Source: a virus (taxonomy: Duplodnaviria; Caudoviricetes). From it: a stretch of 33,419 nucleotides of DNA. The notes under the pieces were generated by a model. The model had not been told where the DNA came from. It was given only the letters and a program-made list of their open reading frames with translations, and did not search any database. The stretch spans positions 1 to 33,419 of IMG/VR virus record IMGVR_UViG_3300014775_000531. The stretch is one strand, 5' to 3'. The number at the start of each line of letters is the position of its first letter. Position 1 is the first letter of the stretch. Positions 1 to 8,775 of the stretch are shown here, one piece after another. Both the position numbers and the translations under genes were made by a program.

Positions 1-167
1 GGCATCCAGAGTGCTATCGCGTTCTTATACTTCCACCGGCTCTTAGGAATCGTGACCACGGTGATGGTATGGCCGGCAAGCTGGAACTTGCTCGGCACCC
101 CATCCTCACGCGGCTCCGCTGGCTTACGCGGCGCACGCTTCTTTGGCACTTTCGTCTTGGCAGGCAT
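1..167 (-). CDS. Hypothetical phage protein, runs off the window (MPAKTKVPKKRAPRKPAEPREDGVPSKFQLAGHTITVV...)
   Basis: Not in the ORF track. Manual translation gives ATG at 167 with a strong AGGAGG RBS upstream and a frame open to position 1. Confidence 0.75.
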   Translation of the reverse strand, partial: MPAKTKVPKKRAPRKPAEPREDGVPSKFQLAGHTITVVTIPKSRWKYKNAIALWM

Positions 168-240
168 AGCTGACCCTCCTGTATAAGGCAGTCCATTGCC
201 AAGGCTGGCAAGAGGTTAGCACAATTTGTTTGCGGAAAGT

Positions 241-2094
241 CTACTCTTCGCCCGTCAGCAGTCCCGGCAATCGTGCGCCTGCCGCAGAGACTTGCCGTCC
301 ACGCTGGCCGCGCTGCATGGCATCAATGAGTAGCTTTCGCTCCTCTGCCGCCAGCTCTTGCAACACCCGCGCTTGGTCTTGCGGGTCTACGGCCATCATC
401 ATGCGCGCAATCTCCGCACGAGTTTCTGGCGTCATGCCCTGCAACTTGCCACGGATGAAATTGAGAATCATGCCGGCTCGTTCGCCTCTGCCGCCAAGCA
501 CAAAACGTGTGCCGGCTTGCGCGGCTGCTATCTGGTCTTCGCCCTCGCCCGTAGCGGCGACACGGCGAGCGGTGTCTGACCCGGCATTGGGGTCAATTCT
601 GTTGGCAAACCTAAATAGCTCACGCTCTTGACGGATTCTCATGGCGGCCTGAGCGGCGGCCTCTGGAGTTAGCCCCAAGAAGGCCAGCGCCTCACGCCCC
701 TCAGTCTTGTCTAGCAAATAGTTCGCCATTGAGGTGTCGTTCATTCTGGCGAGCTTGTTATACAACGCATCTAGCGCCGTGCGCCGCACTACAACCTGCT
801 CTTCTGGGGAGAGCTTGGCGATTTGGGCTTGGCGGGAGGACTGCGGCAAAGACAGCAACTTCTTGCCCATCTCAGCCAAGTCAATCAATCGTGAGTCGTC
901 AAAAAATTGACGGCTTGCCGCCTGATATTCTGGCACCGCATCTTTAACGGCGCGGTCAAGGCGAGTGAACAGCGCATCAATGCCGGGGGCATTTGGGTTC
1001 CTGCTGTTGTATGCCTTTTCCTTACTGGTACGGATAGCCCTGATGGTGTAATCCAAGGCGGCCACGTTTGGATACGCGCCAGGGATTAGCTCCAATTTTC
1101 CTGTCTTTTTGTTTCTGGCAAACAAGTCTGGAATATCAATTTGCTCGCGCTTGGCACGCACTTGCGCTTGTTCGTAAGCGCGCTTCAGCAACGGGTCGCT
1201 ATTAAGTATCTGCACGATGTCGTCATCTTCAATAACTCGTCGTGCGCGTGCGGCGCCATAGAGCTGCGCTGCGTTGACGTTTCTAGCATTTTTATATTGT
1301 TGGATGATGTCGTCGGTAAACTCTCTCGGCCCTGTTGCAATTTGCACGGCATCACGCACTCGGTCTGGGTAGCCCGAGGTAATTTCATCAGCACGAGCGA
1401 TAACGGTATCAGCGGCTTGCCCGCCGCCTAACGCGACACGCTCTGAAAGCATCTGGCCTTGCTGCCCGATGCTGAAGGCAAACGGCGCAGGCATGCCGGG
1501 AGGATTAGCAGCTAAGACTCTTTGCATGGAGGCAGGGTCAAGTCCTCCCTCTCTTAATGCGCGCAATGTCTCTTGCGCCGCCACACGCTGCGGATTTGGG
1601 CGAAACGCTCGGCGGGCAATGTCGCCGGCCCCCATGACGACATCTCCCGCCGCACGCAGGGTGGGAGATAGGACGGCGCTAGTTACACCAGTTTGCAATG
1701 CCTGTTGGCCGCGCTGTTCCGGCTCTGCGCTGAGCGCGCCTTCTACGCCACCGATTACAGCACCGCCAGCAAGTGATGTTTTTAGCTTGCCGTATGTCTC
1801 TTCAATTTTCCCGAGCTTGCCTAATGGATTCGGCGACAGCAGAGCGCCAGCAAACTCTGCCGCAGGGAATAGCAGCGGATTTCTTTCGCGCATAGCCTGC
1901 CGCTCTTGGCGTTGACGCATCAGGCTTTGCTGATAAGTCTCACCGGGCAGCATGGACTCAATGGCTGCTATTGCCTCATCAGCGCCGCCATAGGTAAAGC
2001 CCTGCCCAAAGGCTTGGATGGCTGTAGGCAGCACACCTGTTCTTGCGGGGCTAACATTAGCCTGCCCAATGATTTCATCATCTTCAATTGCCAT
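241..2094 (-). CDS. Putative internal virion / DNA ejection protein (617 aa)
   Basis: Ala/Gln/Arg-rich helical protein with an N-terminal GQGFTYGGADEA motif of the kind seen in podophage ejection proteins. Last gene of the tail/ejection block. Confidence 0.7.
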   Translation of the reverse strand: MAIEDDEIIGQANVSPARTGVLPTAIQAFGQGFTYGGADEAIAAIESMLPGETYQQSLMRQRQERQAMRERNPLLFPAAEFAGALLSPNPLGKLGKIEETYGKLKTSLAGGAVIGGVEGALSAEPEQRGQQALQTGVTSAVLSPTLRAAGDVVMGAGDIARRAFRPNPQRVAAQETLRALREGGLDPASMQRVLAANPPGMPAPFAFSIGQQGQMLSERVALGGGQAADTVIARADEITSGYPDRVRDAVQIATGPREFTDDIIQQYKNARNVNAAQLYGAARARRVIEDDDIVQILNSDPLLKRAYEQAQVRAKREQIDIPDLFARNKKTGKLELIPGAYPNVAALDYTIRAIRTSKEKAYNSRNPNAPGIDALFTRLDRAVKDAVPEYQAASRQFFDDSRLIDLAEMGKKLLSLPQSSRQAQIAKLSPEEQVVVRRTALDALYNKLARMNDTSMANYLLDKTEGREALAFLGLTPEAAAQAAMRIRQERELFRFANRIDPNAGSDTARRVAATGEGEDQIAAAQAGTRFVLGGRGERAGMILNFIRGKLQGMTPETRAEIARMMMAVDPQDQARVLQELAAEERKLLIDAMQRGQRGRQVSAAGARLPGLLTGEE

Positions 2095-2104
2095 CTTTTA
2101 TCTC

Positions 2105-3490
2105 CTAGCCTCTCTTGCGGCGCAGGTTTCCATCTTTATCAATATAGGTATCGCCGGGCTTTAAGTTTTTATAAGCCTGATCATTTTCGCTGCTGATAAC
2201 TGGAGACGCTTGCGGGCGAGAATATGTGGGAATTTCAAACGGCTGTTTTTTCGTTCCGAATCGGCCCTTGATGTTGTAATACCAATCAAGACCGCCTGAG
2301 TTGATTCTTTCATTAACCGCCTCAAGCCCTTCGCGCAAATACTTTTCTCGCATCTCTGTCATCTTAATTAGCGTATCTTCGCTCATGCTAATCTCACCGC
2401 TCATTACGCCTTGCAAGAATTGCCGCTCGTTAGGCGTGTCAAGCCCACGAGCGCCGATACCAAGAGACTGGATGTAACTAAACACATCACGCCCAAGCAG
2501 CGCCTCCAAAAGCTCCGTGTCCTGAACTTCTTGAGAAGGCCGCCCAGAAACCAACTCGCCAAGCCGTGCAAAGTTTTTTGCGTATGTCGCGCCAAGTCCA
2601 GTAATCGGCTTCCCTTCGTAAAGAAGCCTCAAAGAATTTTGAACTTCTCTAAGCTGTGGGATTGCCTTCTTAGCATTGGCAAGCGCCTCATCGACAACCT
2701 TCGTTTCAGTCTCAAGTTGCTTTGCCAAAAATTCTCGCTGCTGCGTTGGGGATAGGTCGGCCATCGCGCCATCCGCTGATGGCAGAGCGGCAACAGACGG
2801 CCCTCCACCACCACCAGCAGCAGCACCGCCTTGTCCCGCAAAAAGGTCTGGCAAGACAATGCCGGTTTCTTGTCGGAACCTCTCACGGTCAAGCAAAGCC
2901 TTTTGCCGAGCTTCTGGCGTACCGGCCTCATCAAGAGAAATTAAATATCTTGGGTCTTGCGTTTCCAAATAATACAGGCGACTTTCTCTAGTAAAGTCTT
3001 TAAGGTTTGGGGTGGCATAAAGTTTTTCTGTGGCCGTTCGTTGCGGAGCCATTCCCAATACCCCCTCACGCAATTCAGGATTCGCCAGCAAAGCCTGCTG
3101 CCCTTCAAGCGTGCCAGCAAGGCGTGACAAGTCACGCGGCCCGCGCATCAAGGCAAGCCCAGACGCATCAGGCATTGTCTCGGCCGCCGTCAATGGCCGC
3201 CGCCCTTCAAGCACAGCCTGCGTTATCAGCCCGCTAGTCCTTAATATTTGATTGCGCTGCGACTCTTGCGCACGCTGCTGCGCCCGCTGCTGCTGACGCA
3301 ACATCTCAGCCTGCCGCTCACGGCGATAGCCGCCAAGCCCGCCAAGCAATCCTTCGCCCATGAGTAAGCCCTGCAAGGCACGAGAGGTGGCTTGCCCAGT
3401 CAGGCGCTTGCGCTGCTCCTCATCGAGCTTGCTTAAATCTTCCCCGAGCAACCCGCCAATGAGGCGCTGATATAAACTTGGTTCAGCCAT
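2105..3490 (-). CDS. Putative internal virion / ejection protein (461 aa)
   Basis: Helical/coiled-coil protein lying between other ejection-type genes. N-terminal GGLLG/GLL motifs. Confidence 0.65.
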   Translation of the reverse strand: MAEPSLYQRLIGGLLGEDLSKLDEEQRKRLTGQATSRALQGLLMGEGLLGGLGGYRRERQAEMLRQQQRAQQRAQESQRNQILRTSGLITQAVLEGRRPLTAAETMPDASGLALMRGPRDLSRLAGTLEGQQALLANPELREGVLGMAPQRTATEKLYATPNLKDFTRESRLYYLETQDPRYLISLDEAGTPEARQKALLDRERFRQETGIVLPDLFAGQGGAAAGGGGGPSVAALPSADGAMADLSPTQQREFLAKQLETETKVVDEALANAKKAIPQLREVQNSLRLLYEGKPITGLGATYAKNFARLGELVSGRPSQEVQDTELLEALLGRDVFSYIQSLGIGARGLDTPNERQFLQGVMSGEISMSEDTLIKMTEMREKYLREGLEAVNERINSGGLDWYYNIKGRFGTKKQPFEIPTYSRPQASPVISSENDQAYKNLKPGDTYIDKDGNLRRKRG

Positions 3491-3492
3491 TG

Positions 3493-3831
3493 TCAGTCTC
3501 CTAAAAGGCCGCCACGCACACGCTGGCCGCCGTACATGCTATAGAGTCCACCATACAATTTTGCTGGGTCATACACTGGCGCAGAGGGGCGCTGCATCGT
3601 GGGGGCAGACAAGATAGATGTCATGTCAGTTCCACCGCCGCGCCGCCCGCCTGACAGAAGACGGTCGCGCAAATAATCCTCAATCTCCTTTTCCATTTTC
3701 TCTGGCTTCTTTGGCTCGGTGTCTTTCGCAGACCCAACGCTTTCGCCAGCGGATTTTGCGACCTCACCTAATTTCTTGGCCGCAATCTGTGAGGCAACCT
3801 TCTCCCCTGCTGATTGGAATAAATTAGACAT
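3493..3831 (-). CDS. Small putative internal virion protein (112 aa)
   Basis: Tightly packed between neighbours; ends in RGGLLGD. Confidence 0.6.
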   Translation of the reverse strand: MSNLFQSAGEKVASQIAAKKLGEVAKSAGESVGSAKDTEPKKPEKMEKEIEDYLRDRLLSGGRRGGGTDMTSILSAPTMQRPSAPVYDPAKLYGGLYSMYGGQRVRGGLLGD

Positions 3832-5572
3832 TACGCTTGCCTCGCTTCTTCTTGCCTTCTACCTTGGCATCTAATTCTTTGACCGCCTCTGTCAATACGC
3901 CCACCATCTGCGGCACGCTGACCTTACGCATGCCCGTCTCGTCATCCATTGAGACAGCCTCGGGCATGGCGTCCTCTACGTCTTGAGCGATTACGCCAGC
4001 GTCCATGTCATCGTCATCCTTCCACTGATAGGTCACGCCTTCGATGCGATTGATTTTGTCTAGCGGGTTGCGAATGGGCTGGACGTTATATTTCATTCTC
4101 TCGTCTGAGAAAATATTCCCCGCCACGTCCCACAAGCTCTGGCGACCTTGCGTGGTGCCGTACTGCGTCTGGTTGTACGGGCTTGCCGCGACAGCACCTT
4201 GCGCAATGGCGAGCTGCTGCATTGGGAAGTTGACCCGCCGCATGAACTCCTGCTGCTGTGCGTTGAGGTACTGCTGCATGAGCTGCTGCTGCGCACTGCC
4301 GAGGCCCGTCATAGCCGCCGCAGCACCATAACGGTTTTGCAGGGCTTGCTGGCCGAGGTCGGCAAACTGTCGGCCTGCTGATAATTGCAATTGCGCGCCT
4401 TGTCGCCGTGCCTCTTGATTGGCTAAAGCTGCCCGCAATGCAGCCTCTTGATTGGACTGCCCTGCCGTAAGTGACAAACGCTGCGCGTCCATCATTGCCC
4501 GTTGATTGGCCTCCTCTGCCGACAGCCCCATCCGCATGTAATCTTGCACAGCCTGCTGGTTAGACAATCCTGCGCGCATGCCTTGCTCAACATTAAACCT
4601 TTGCGCCTCTGCCCCCATTCGTTGCGCTTCTTGGATGGCGCGCTGATTAGCTTGCTCACGCTCAAGCATGGCTGCCTGATTCGCTTGCTCTGCTGTAAGC
4701 CCAAGCTGAGCCAATCGCAGGTCACGCTCTTGGTTGCTGATTTGACCGGCTTGCGCCAATCGCATCGTCTCTTGAGCCGCTGCCTGATTGGCAAGCGCCG
4801 TCTGCTGCTGCCGCCCCACGTCGGCCTCGCGCAAAGCAGACGCCTCACGAAAGGCTTGTGCGCGCTGCTCGGCGATAAAGCGGTTGCGTTCGCGGGCAGC
4901 CTCACCTGCTGCAATGCCTTCCTCAACCGCCGCACGCGAACCACCAAAGGCACGCGCTGCGGTCGCACGTTGCGCACGCTCACGGCGCGCCAAGTCCTCG
5001 GCACGCTCAATATCGGACAAGCCTACGTCAATGACGCCCTGCTGATAGGGATTCATGTAGTCAGCGATGCTGGTACCGCCCTGCGGGCCAAGCACAGAGG
5101 CGGCTTGCGCGACAGGTGCAGCGCCGGGGCCAGCAATATCCCGCGCACTAAACGTGGTGCCGAGACGCTCTGCGCTAATAGTCGGCGCTGTAAATTGCGT
5201 GCCAACCTGCCCAGCCGTAACACGCTCTGGGCCACGCGCTAAAGCAGCGCCAATGTCTCGTGCGCCAAACGTAGTGGCAAGCTGCTGGGCGGCAACATCT
5301 TGCGGGGTATACCCCATGATGTTTGCGGCAGAGCGTGCGGCACCCTCCACCTCCGGCACAAAGCCGCCTTGCCGCGCAATGTCGCGGGTCATTTGTTCGC
5401 CCATCATATAGTCACGGGTGAACGGCGCGACCATCAGGCCACGGTACGGCTCAAACGGAATCTGGGAAACTTGCCGAGCGAGCTGCAAGTTTTGCAGCAC
5501 CTCGTTATAGACCCTCGGGTCGATTTGAGTTTCTTGCTTTTCCTTTTTAGAGCTTTTGAAAATGTTACTCAC
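3824..5572 (-). CDS. Putative ejection/pilot protein with C-terminal peptidase S74-type intramolecular chaperone domain (582 aa)
   Basis: YMNPY and AFGGSR motifs and Q/A-rich ANQ repeats. C-terminal SDERMK...YQWK...GVIAQDV...LTEAVKEL matches the S74 autocleaving chaperone signature. Confidence 0.75.
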   Translation of the reverse strand: MSNIFKSSKKEKQETQIDPRVYNEVLQNLQLARQVSQIPFEPYRGLMVAPFTRDYMMGEQMTRDIARQGGFVPEVEGAARSAANIMGYTPQDVAAQQLATTFGARDIGAALARGPERVTAGQVGTQFTAPTISAERLGTTFSARDIAGPGAAPVAQAASVLGPQGGTSIADYMNPYQQGVIDVGLSDIERAEDLARRERAQRATAARAFGGSRAAVEEGIAAGEAARERNRFIAEQRAQAFREASALREADVGRQQQTALANQAAAQETMRLAQAGQISNQERDLRLAQLGLTAEQANQAAMLEREQANQRAIQEAQRMGAEAQRFNVEQGMRAGLSNQQAVQDYMRMGLSAEEANQRAMMDAQRLSLTAGQSNQEAALRAALANQEARRQGAQLQLSAGRQFADLGQQALQNRYGAAAAMTGLGSAQQQLMQQYLNAQQQEFMRRVNFPMQQLAIAQGAVAASPYNQTQYGTTQGRQSLWDVAGNIFSDERMKYNVQPIRNPLDKINRIEGVTYQWKDDDDMDAGVIAQDVEDAMPEAVSMDDETGMRKVSVPQMVGVLTEAVKELDAKVEGKKKRGKRNV

Positions 5573-5943
5573 AGTCTTTTCTCCAATACCACCGCCGTGC
5601 GTCGGTAGCCTTCTAGTGCCCGCTGCCAGCCGGGGCGTCCAAAGATAATCAGCGCGTCACATTGAATCTCTCGCGCCCAGTCCTCAATCACAGGGCGAAT
5701 CTTGGTATCAATCTCGGCCAAGTCACCCGCACCCAAAATAATCGTCAACTGCTTCATCTGCGGAAAGATGTCGATGGTCGTGACGACACATGAATTCTCT
5801 GCCGCCCAAAACTGGTACTCGCCATTCTTGATGCCCTCTACCACATCGTGGTACGAAAGCTGGCCGTACCCCTCTGCCAGCGCACGCTCAATCAATTCTC
5901 TGAACGGCGCAATCCAGCGCATGTCATCGTCTAGCATGTTCAT
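5569..5943 (-). CDS. GNAT-like virion assembly protein (P22 gp14 / T7 gp13 position)
   Basis: 124 aa with WAREIQCD...GRPGWQRAL motif, immediately downstream of the nozzle gene. Confidence 0.6.
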   Translation of the reverse strand: MNMLDDDMRWIAPFRELIERALAEGYGQLSYHDVVEGIKNGEYQFWAAENSCVVTTIDIFPQMKQLTIILGAGDLAEIDTKIRPVIEDWAREIQCDALIIFGRPGWQRALEGYRRTAVVLEKRL

Positions 5944-7415
5944 CGTTCACCGCCTTGTGTGGCGTCTAAGCGCATCACGCCCACACGCCAATCGGTATTG
6001 GGCGTGACGCCTGTGACGCGCATCGCAATCTGTCTGCCCGTGAATCGCACTGGCGTGTAGTTGCTATCAATCGTGTAGCTTTTGGTGCCTTCGGATGCGT
6101 TGGGCGTGAACTTGGTCTTAAATTGCACGCTGACAGAGCCTTGCGTCTTCTCATCCGCAATCAACTGCTTCGCCACCAATACTCGGTCGCCATTCCCAAA
6201 CTCAATCGGGCCACTCTCGGCATAGGGTGCGCCGTTGTCGTACTCCACGCCCACCTCATGCTCGTAGACGTATCCATCCGTCGATACCATGATGGGGTAG
6301 GTGAATACGCCACGGTCGGTGCCGGCGGTGCGGCCTAGTGTGCCAATCGTCCAGTGATTCTCTCGGTAATTATACGCCACATAGGAATCCACCTCGGTGC
6401 CTGTCGCGGATGGATAAAACCACCACACCTCACCAAACTGGTTATTGGCGACCGCATAAATCTTTGAGCGTTGTACGCTGGACAGATTCTGTGTGACGTA
6501 ATCCAGCACGTCACACTTGAGGGGACGCACAAAGCCGTCGTACATGAAAAAGCCTGACGGCGACCACCAATAGGCCACCGACTCCACCGCCGCCACAGAC
6601 TGCGCACTAATCACGCCACAGCCTGTGGCGATTCGCTCAAAGCCGTACACAAAGGGCGGGCCTTGGTATTGGGCGGTATGCACGTCAACATCGGTGAATA
6701 TCAGATTGACACCGCGCAGGCGCTTGCCGGTCACGATGGAACCTGACGTCTCAAGGTCGATGTCACCGGCTTGGTTCGTGATGCTCGCCGTCCAAGAGGT
6801 ATTGTTTTCTTGGTCGCACCACGCTACGCGGCGGGCGTTGCCGCCTGCGCCAAGCGCAAACACAAACCGCTCTGCCGTGACCATCACGGCCTTGTTATTG
6901 ACCGGCGCATTGGTCAGCGCTACGCCGTCGTTGTTGGTGTCTAAGTCCCACTCGTATATCTTGCCGTCGGCGTTGGAGCAGGCCAGCAAATACTCGCCCC
7001 AGTTATCAAGCGTCCAAGTGGTGGCGGGCGTGACCGTGCCGGTGTCGGCTCGTGGCGTGCCGTAGCTAAACAAGCCATAGGGGCCACCGCCATAGGCCAA
7101 GTTAAGCAATGCGTCTGCATTGCCTGTCGTGAAGCCTGCCGGCGTGATGTCGGTGAGCGTCCCCGCCTCGTTCATCACATAGAGATTGCTATGCGTGCCG
7201 AGCGCAATCCAACGCGCATTGGCGTTGGTGCGCCATGTCAGCAGCCCTCGGCACTTGCCAGAGAGTTGACTGCTGGCACGCTTGCGCCAGCCGCCCACAG
7301 GCCGCATGGTGCCTTCGTACCAGCGCACGAGGTTGGCATCAAACCAACGCCCCTTGCTTTGATACTGAGTGCCGTTGCGGTACACGCCCGGCTGGATGTT
7401 GATAGGTATAAGCAT
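5940..7415 (-). CDS. Tail nozzle / stabilisation protein (P22 gp10-like beta-propeller)
   Basis: Trp-rich beta-strand repeats (WTLDNWGEYL, GEVWWFYPS) and synteny. Likely start MLIPINIQPG at 7415 via a TGATG overlap with the endolysin stop. Confidence 0.75.
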   Translation of the reverse strand: MLIPINIQPGVYRNGTQYQSKGRWFDANLVRWYEGTMRPVGGWRKRASSQLSGKCRGLLTWRTNANARWIALGTHSNLYVMNEAGTLTDITPAGFTTGNADALLNLAYGGGPYGLFSYGTPRADTGTVTPATTWTLDNWGEYLLACSNADGKIYEWDLDTNNDGVALTNAPVNNKAVMVTAERFVFALGAGGNARRVAWCDQENNTSWTASITNQAGDIDLETSGSIVTGKRLRGVNLIFTDVDVHTAQYQGPPFVYGFERIATGCGVISAQSVAAVESVAYWWSPSGFFMYDGFVRPLKCDVLDYVTQNLSSVQRSKIYAVANNQFGEVWWFYPSATGTEVDSYVAYNYRENHWTIGTLGRTAGTDRGVFTYPIMVSTDGYVYEHEVGVEYDNGAPYAESGPIEFGNGDRVLVAKQLIADEKTQGSVSVQFKTKFTPNASEGTKSYTIDSNYTPVRFTGRQIAMRVTGVTPNTDWRVGVMRLDATQGGER

Positions 7416-7789
7416 CAGTATGACCACACCGTGGGGCGTACGCCCTCTTCCAATGTATCTAAGTGCAAAAAGCGTCCAGCACCCTTCTGCTGCACGCCGA
7501 TGCCGGTGAAGCCTAGCTCTAGCGCCAAGCGCAAGAGGCGGTGAGCGTCAGCCCCCTCCACGCCAATGTCACAGGCGCAGCCACTTGCATGCGCGCCAGG
7601 CTTCGCCTTCTTCGCCTCAATCGGATGCTCTGGGCAGCGGTAGCCGCTCGTCACCCGCATCGGCTTGCCGTACTTCATGCGCAACGCCTGAAGGCGGTTC
7701 AGGAAGTCAGGCTGCATCTCATTTTTGCCACAGTGCTGGCAGTCAAATTCTTTGGCAGAAAAGTTGGGGTAGAGTGAAAAGTCAGTCAT
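7415..7789 (-). CDS. Endolysin, peptidase M15A family (D-Ala-D-Ala carboxypeptidase-like)
   Basis: EFDC...VTSGYRC...H..G.A.DI...FLHLD zinc-peptidase motifs. Confidence 0.9.
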   Translation of the reverse strand: MTDFSLYPNFSAKEFDCQHCGKNEMQPDFLNRLQALRMKYGKPMRVTSGYRCPEHPIEAKKAKPGAHASGCACDIGVEGADAHRLLRLALELGFTGIGVQQKGAGRFLHLDTLEEGVRPTVWSY

Positions 7790-8175
7790 TTCTTAATGGC
7801 TCCTGCAATGCTCGGCGCAATCTTCTCAACGCTACGTCCGACCACATAACCTCCTAAGCCAAACTCCACAATGCTCCAGAGCTTGAGGTATTCTTCCTCC
7901 GCAAGGTTAGGCGCAGCCCAACCAAACCATCTCGCCACAATCAAGGCCACGAACACAATCATGGTCAGTGGCCGCCAGTTAGCGGCAAGCCAATGCTGTG
8001 ATGCCGCCTCGGTCTGGATAATCTTTGCCGCCGCACCCTCTATCTCTGCTTGGTGCGCAAGCAAAGACTTCATCATCTCGGCCTCTGCCTTGGCCTTCTG
8101 CTCTGGGTCAGGAAACAAGTTTCCAATGACCTTGCCCAGCACTGGGGCCAGCGCAGGGATAAGAGCTTGAATCAT
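7786..8175 (-). CDS. Holin (3TM / GTA-holin-like)
   Basis: ANWRP...LGGYVVGRSVEK motif with hydrophobic helices, adjacent to the endolysin. Confidence 0.8.
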   Translation of the reverse strand: MIQALIPALAPVLGKVIGNLFPDPEQKAKAEAEMMKSLLAHQAEIEGAAAKIIQTEAASQHWLAANWRPLTMIVFVALIVARWFGWAAPNLAEEEYLKLWSIVEFGLGGYVVGRSVEKIAPSIAGAIKK

Positions 8176-8327
8176 TTGTCCACCTTCTTATTGAACAAAT
8201 CAAACAAGGTCTTAATCTTTTCTTCCACCACAGCCAGCCGCACATCCATCTTGGCGAGGATGATAATAAGCGTGATAAGCCCTAAGAAAATAGGCCACGC
8301 CTTGATGACTAGCTCTGCGGTACTCAC
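8172..8327 (-). CDS. Small membrane protein (51 aa, MSTAELVIKAWPIFLGLITLIIILAKMDVRLAVVEEKIKTLFDLFNKKVDK)
   Basis: Not in the ORF track. GTG start overlaps the upstream stop (GTGA) and its stop overlaps the holin start (ATGA). One TM helix plus a short coiled coil. Confidence 0.8.
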   Translation of the reverse strand: MSTAELVIKAWPIFLGLITLIIILAKMDVRLAVVEEKIKTLFDLFNKKVDK

Positions 8328-8551
8328 GGCTTGTCTGCTTTGTCGTCCAACTTGTCCCAGATACGTCCGAGGATGGTCTTAATCTCATCAATGTCAGCGC
8401 GATAGTCTGCGCGGGTGACATAGGTCAGCGGCATATTCCGCACGTCCTTATCCAAGCGTTCAATGCTGCGGCTGATGTTGTTTAGAATCCAGCCGCCAAA
8501 CATCCCCGCCACGCCGACCACGATGTTGAAGAGGATCTGGGCATCTTCCAT
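8324..8551 (-). CDS. Single-TM plus coiled-coil lysis-cassette protein (75 aa)
   Basis: N-terminal hydrophobic helix followed by a charged helical tail. Confidence 0.7.
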   Translation of the reverse strand: MEDAQILFNIVVGVAGMFGGWILNNISRSIERLDKDVRNMPLTYVTRADYRADIDEIKTILGRIWDKLDDKADKP

Positions 8552-8552
8552 C

Positions 8553-8765
8553 TCACTTCCCCTTCGCCGCCAACGCCTGCGTCGTCACGACACGCAATGC
8601 AAGATTTAGCATAGCGCCAAGCAGGAGCGTAGCGGATGCTACGTTCTGCCCAAACAATACTGTGAGATGCCCTGCGAACATCTCCAAAGAGGCCAGCAGC
8701 GCCAGCAGCACGTTCCACCATACCGTGCGGGATTTGAGTGCGCCTTTCAAAGTTTGCATGTCCAT
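8553..8765 (-). CDS. Two-TM holin-like membrane protein (70 aa)
   Basis: KSRTVWWN start, two hydrophobic helices, LRVVTTQAL end. Confidence 0.7.
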   Translation of the reverse strand: MDMQTLKGALKSRTVWWNVLLALLASLEMFAGHLTVLFGQNVASATLLLGAMLNLALRVVTTQALAAKGK

Positions 8766-8775
8766 TATTTACTCC

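Noticed and set aside
14-211. 65-aa ORF from the supplied track
   Set aside because: A different frame starting at ATG 167 has a strong AGGAGG RBS and a more protein-like sequence.
4502-5242. 246-aa plus-strand ORF, and similar long antisense ORFs (19915-20682, 21061-21705, 14763-15410, 29930-30595)
   Set aside because: Shadow ORFs opposite well-supported genes in GC-rich DNA, with no recognisable motifs.
8212-8421. 69-aa minus-strand ORF from the track
   Set aside because: Overlaps two better-coupled membrane protein genes (8172-8327, 8324-8551) and has no lipobox to support an embedded o-spanin.
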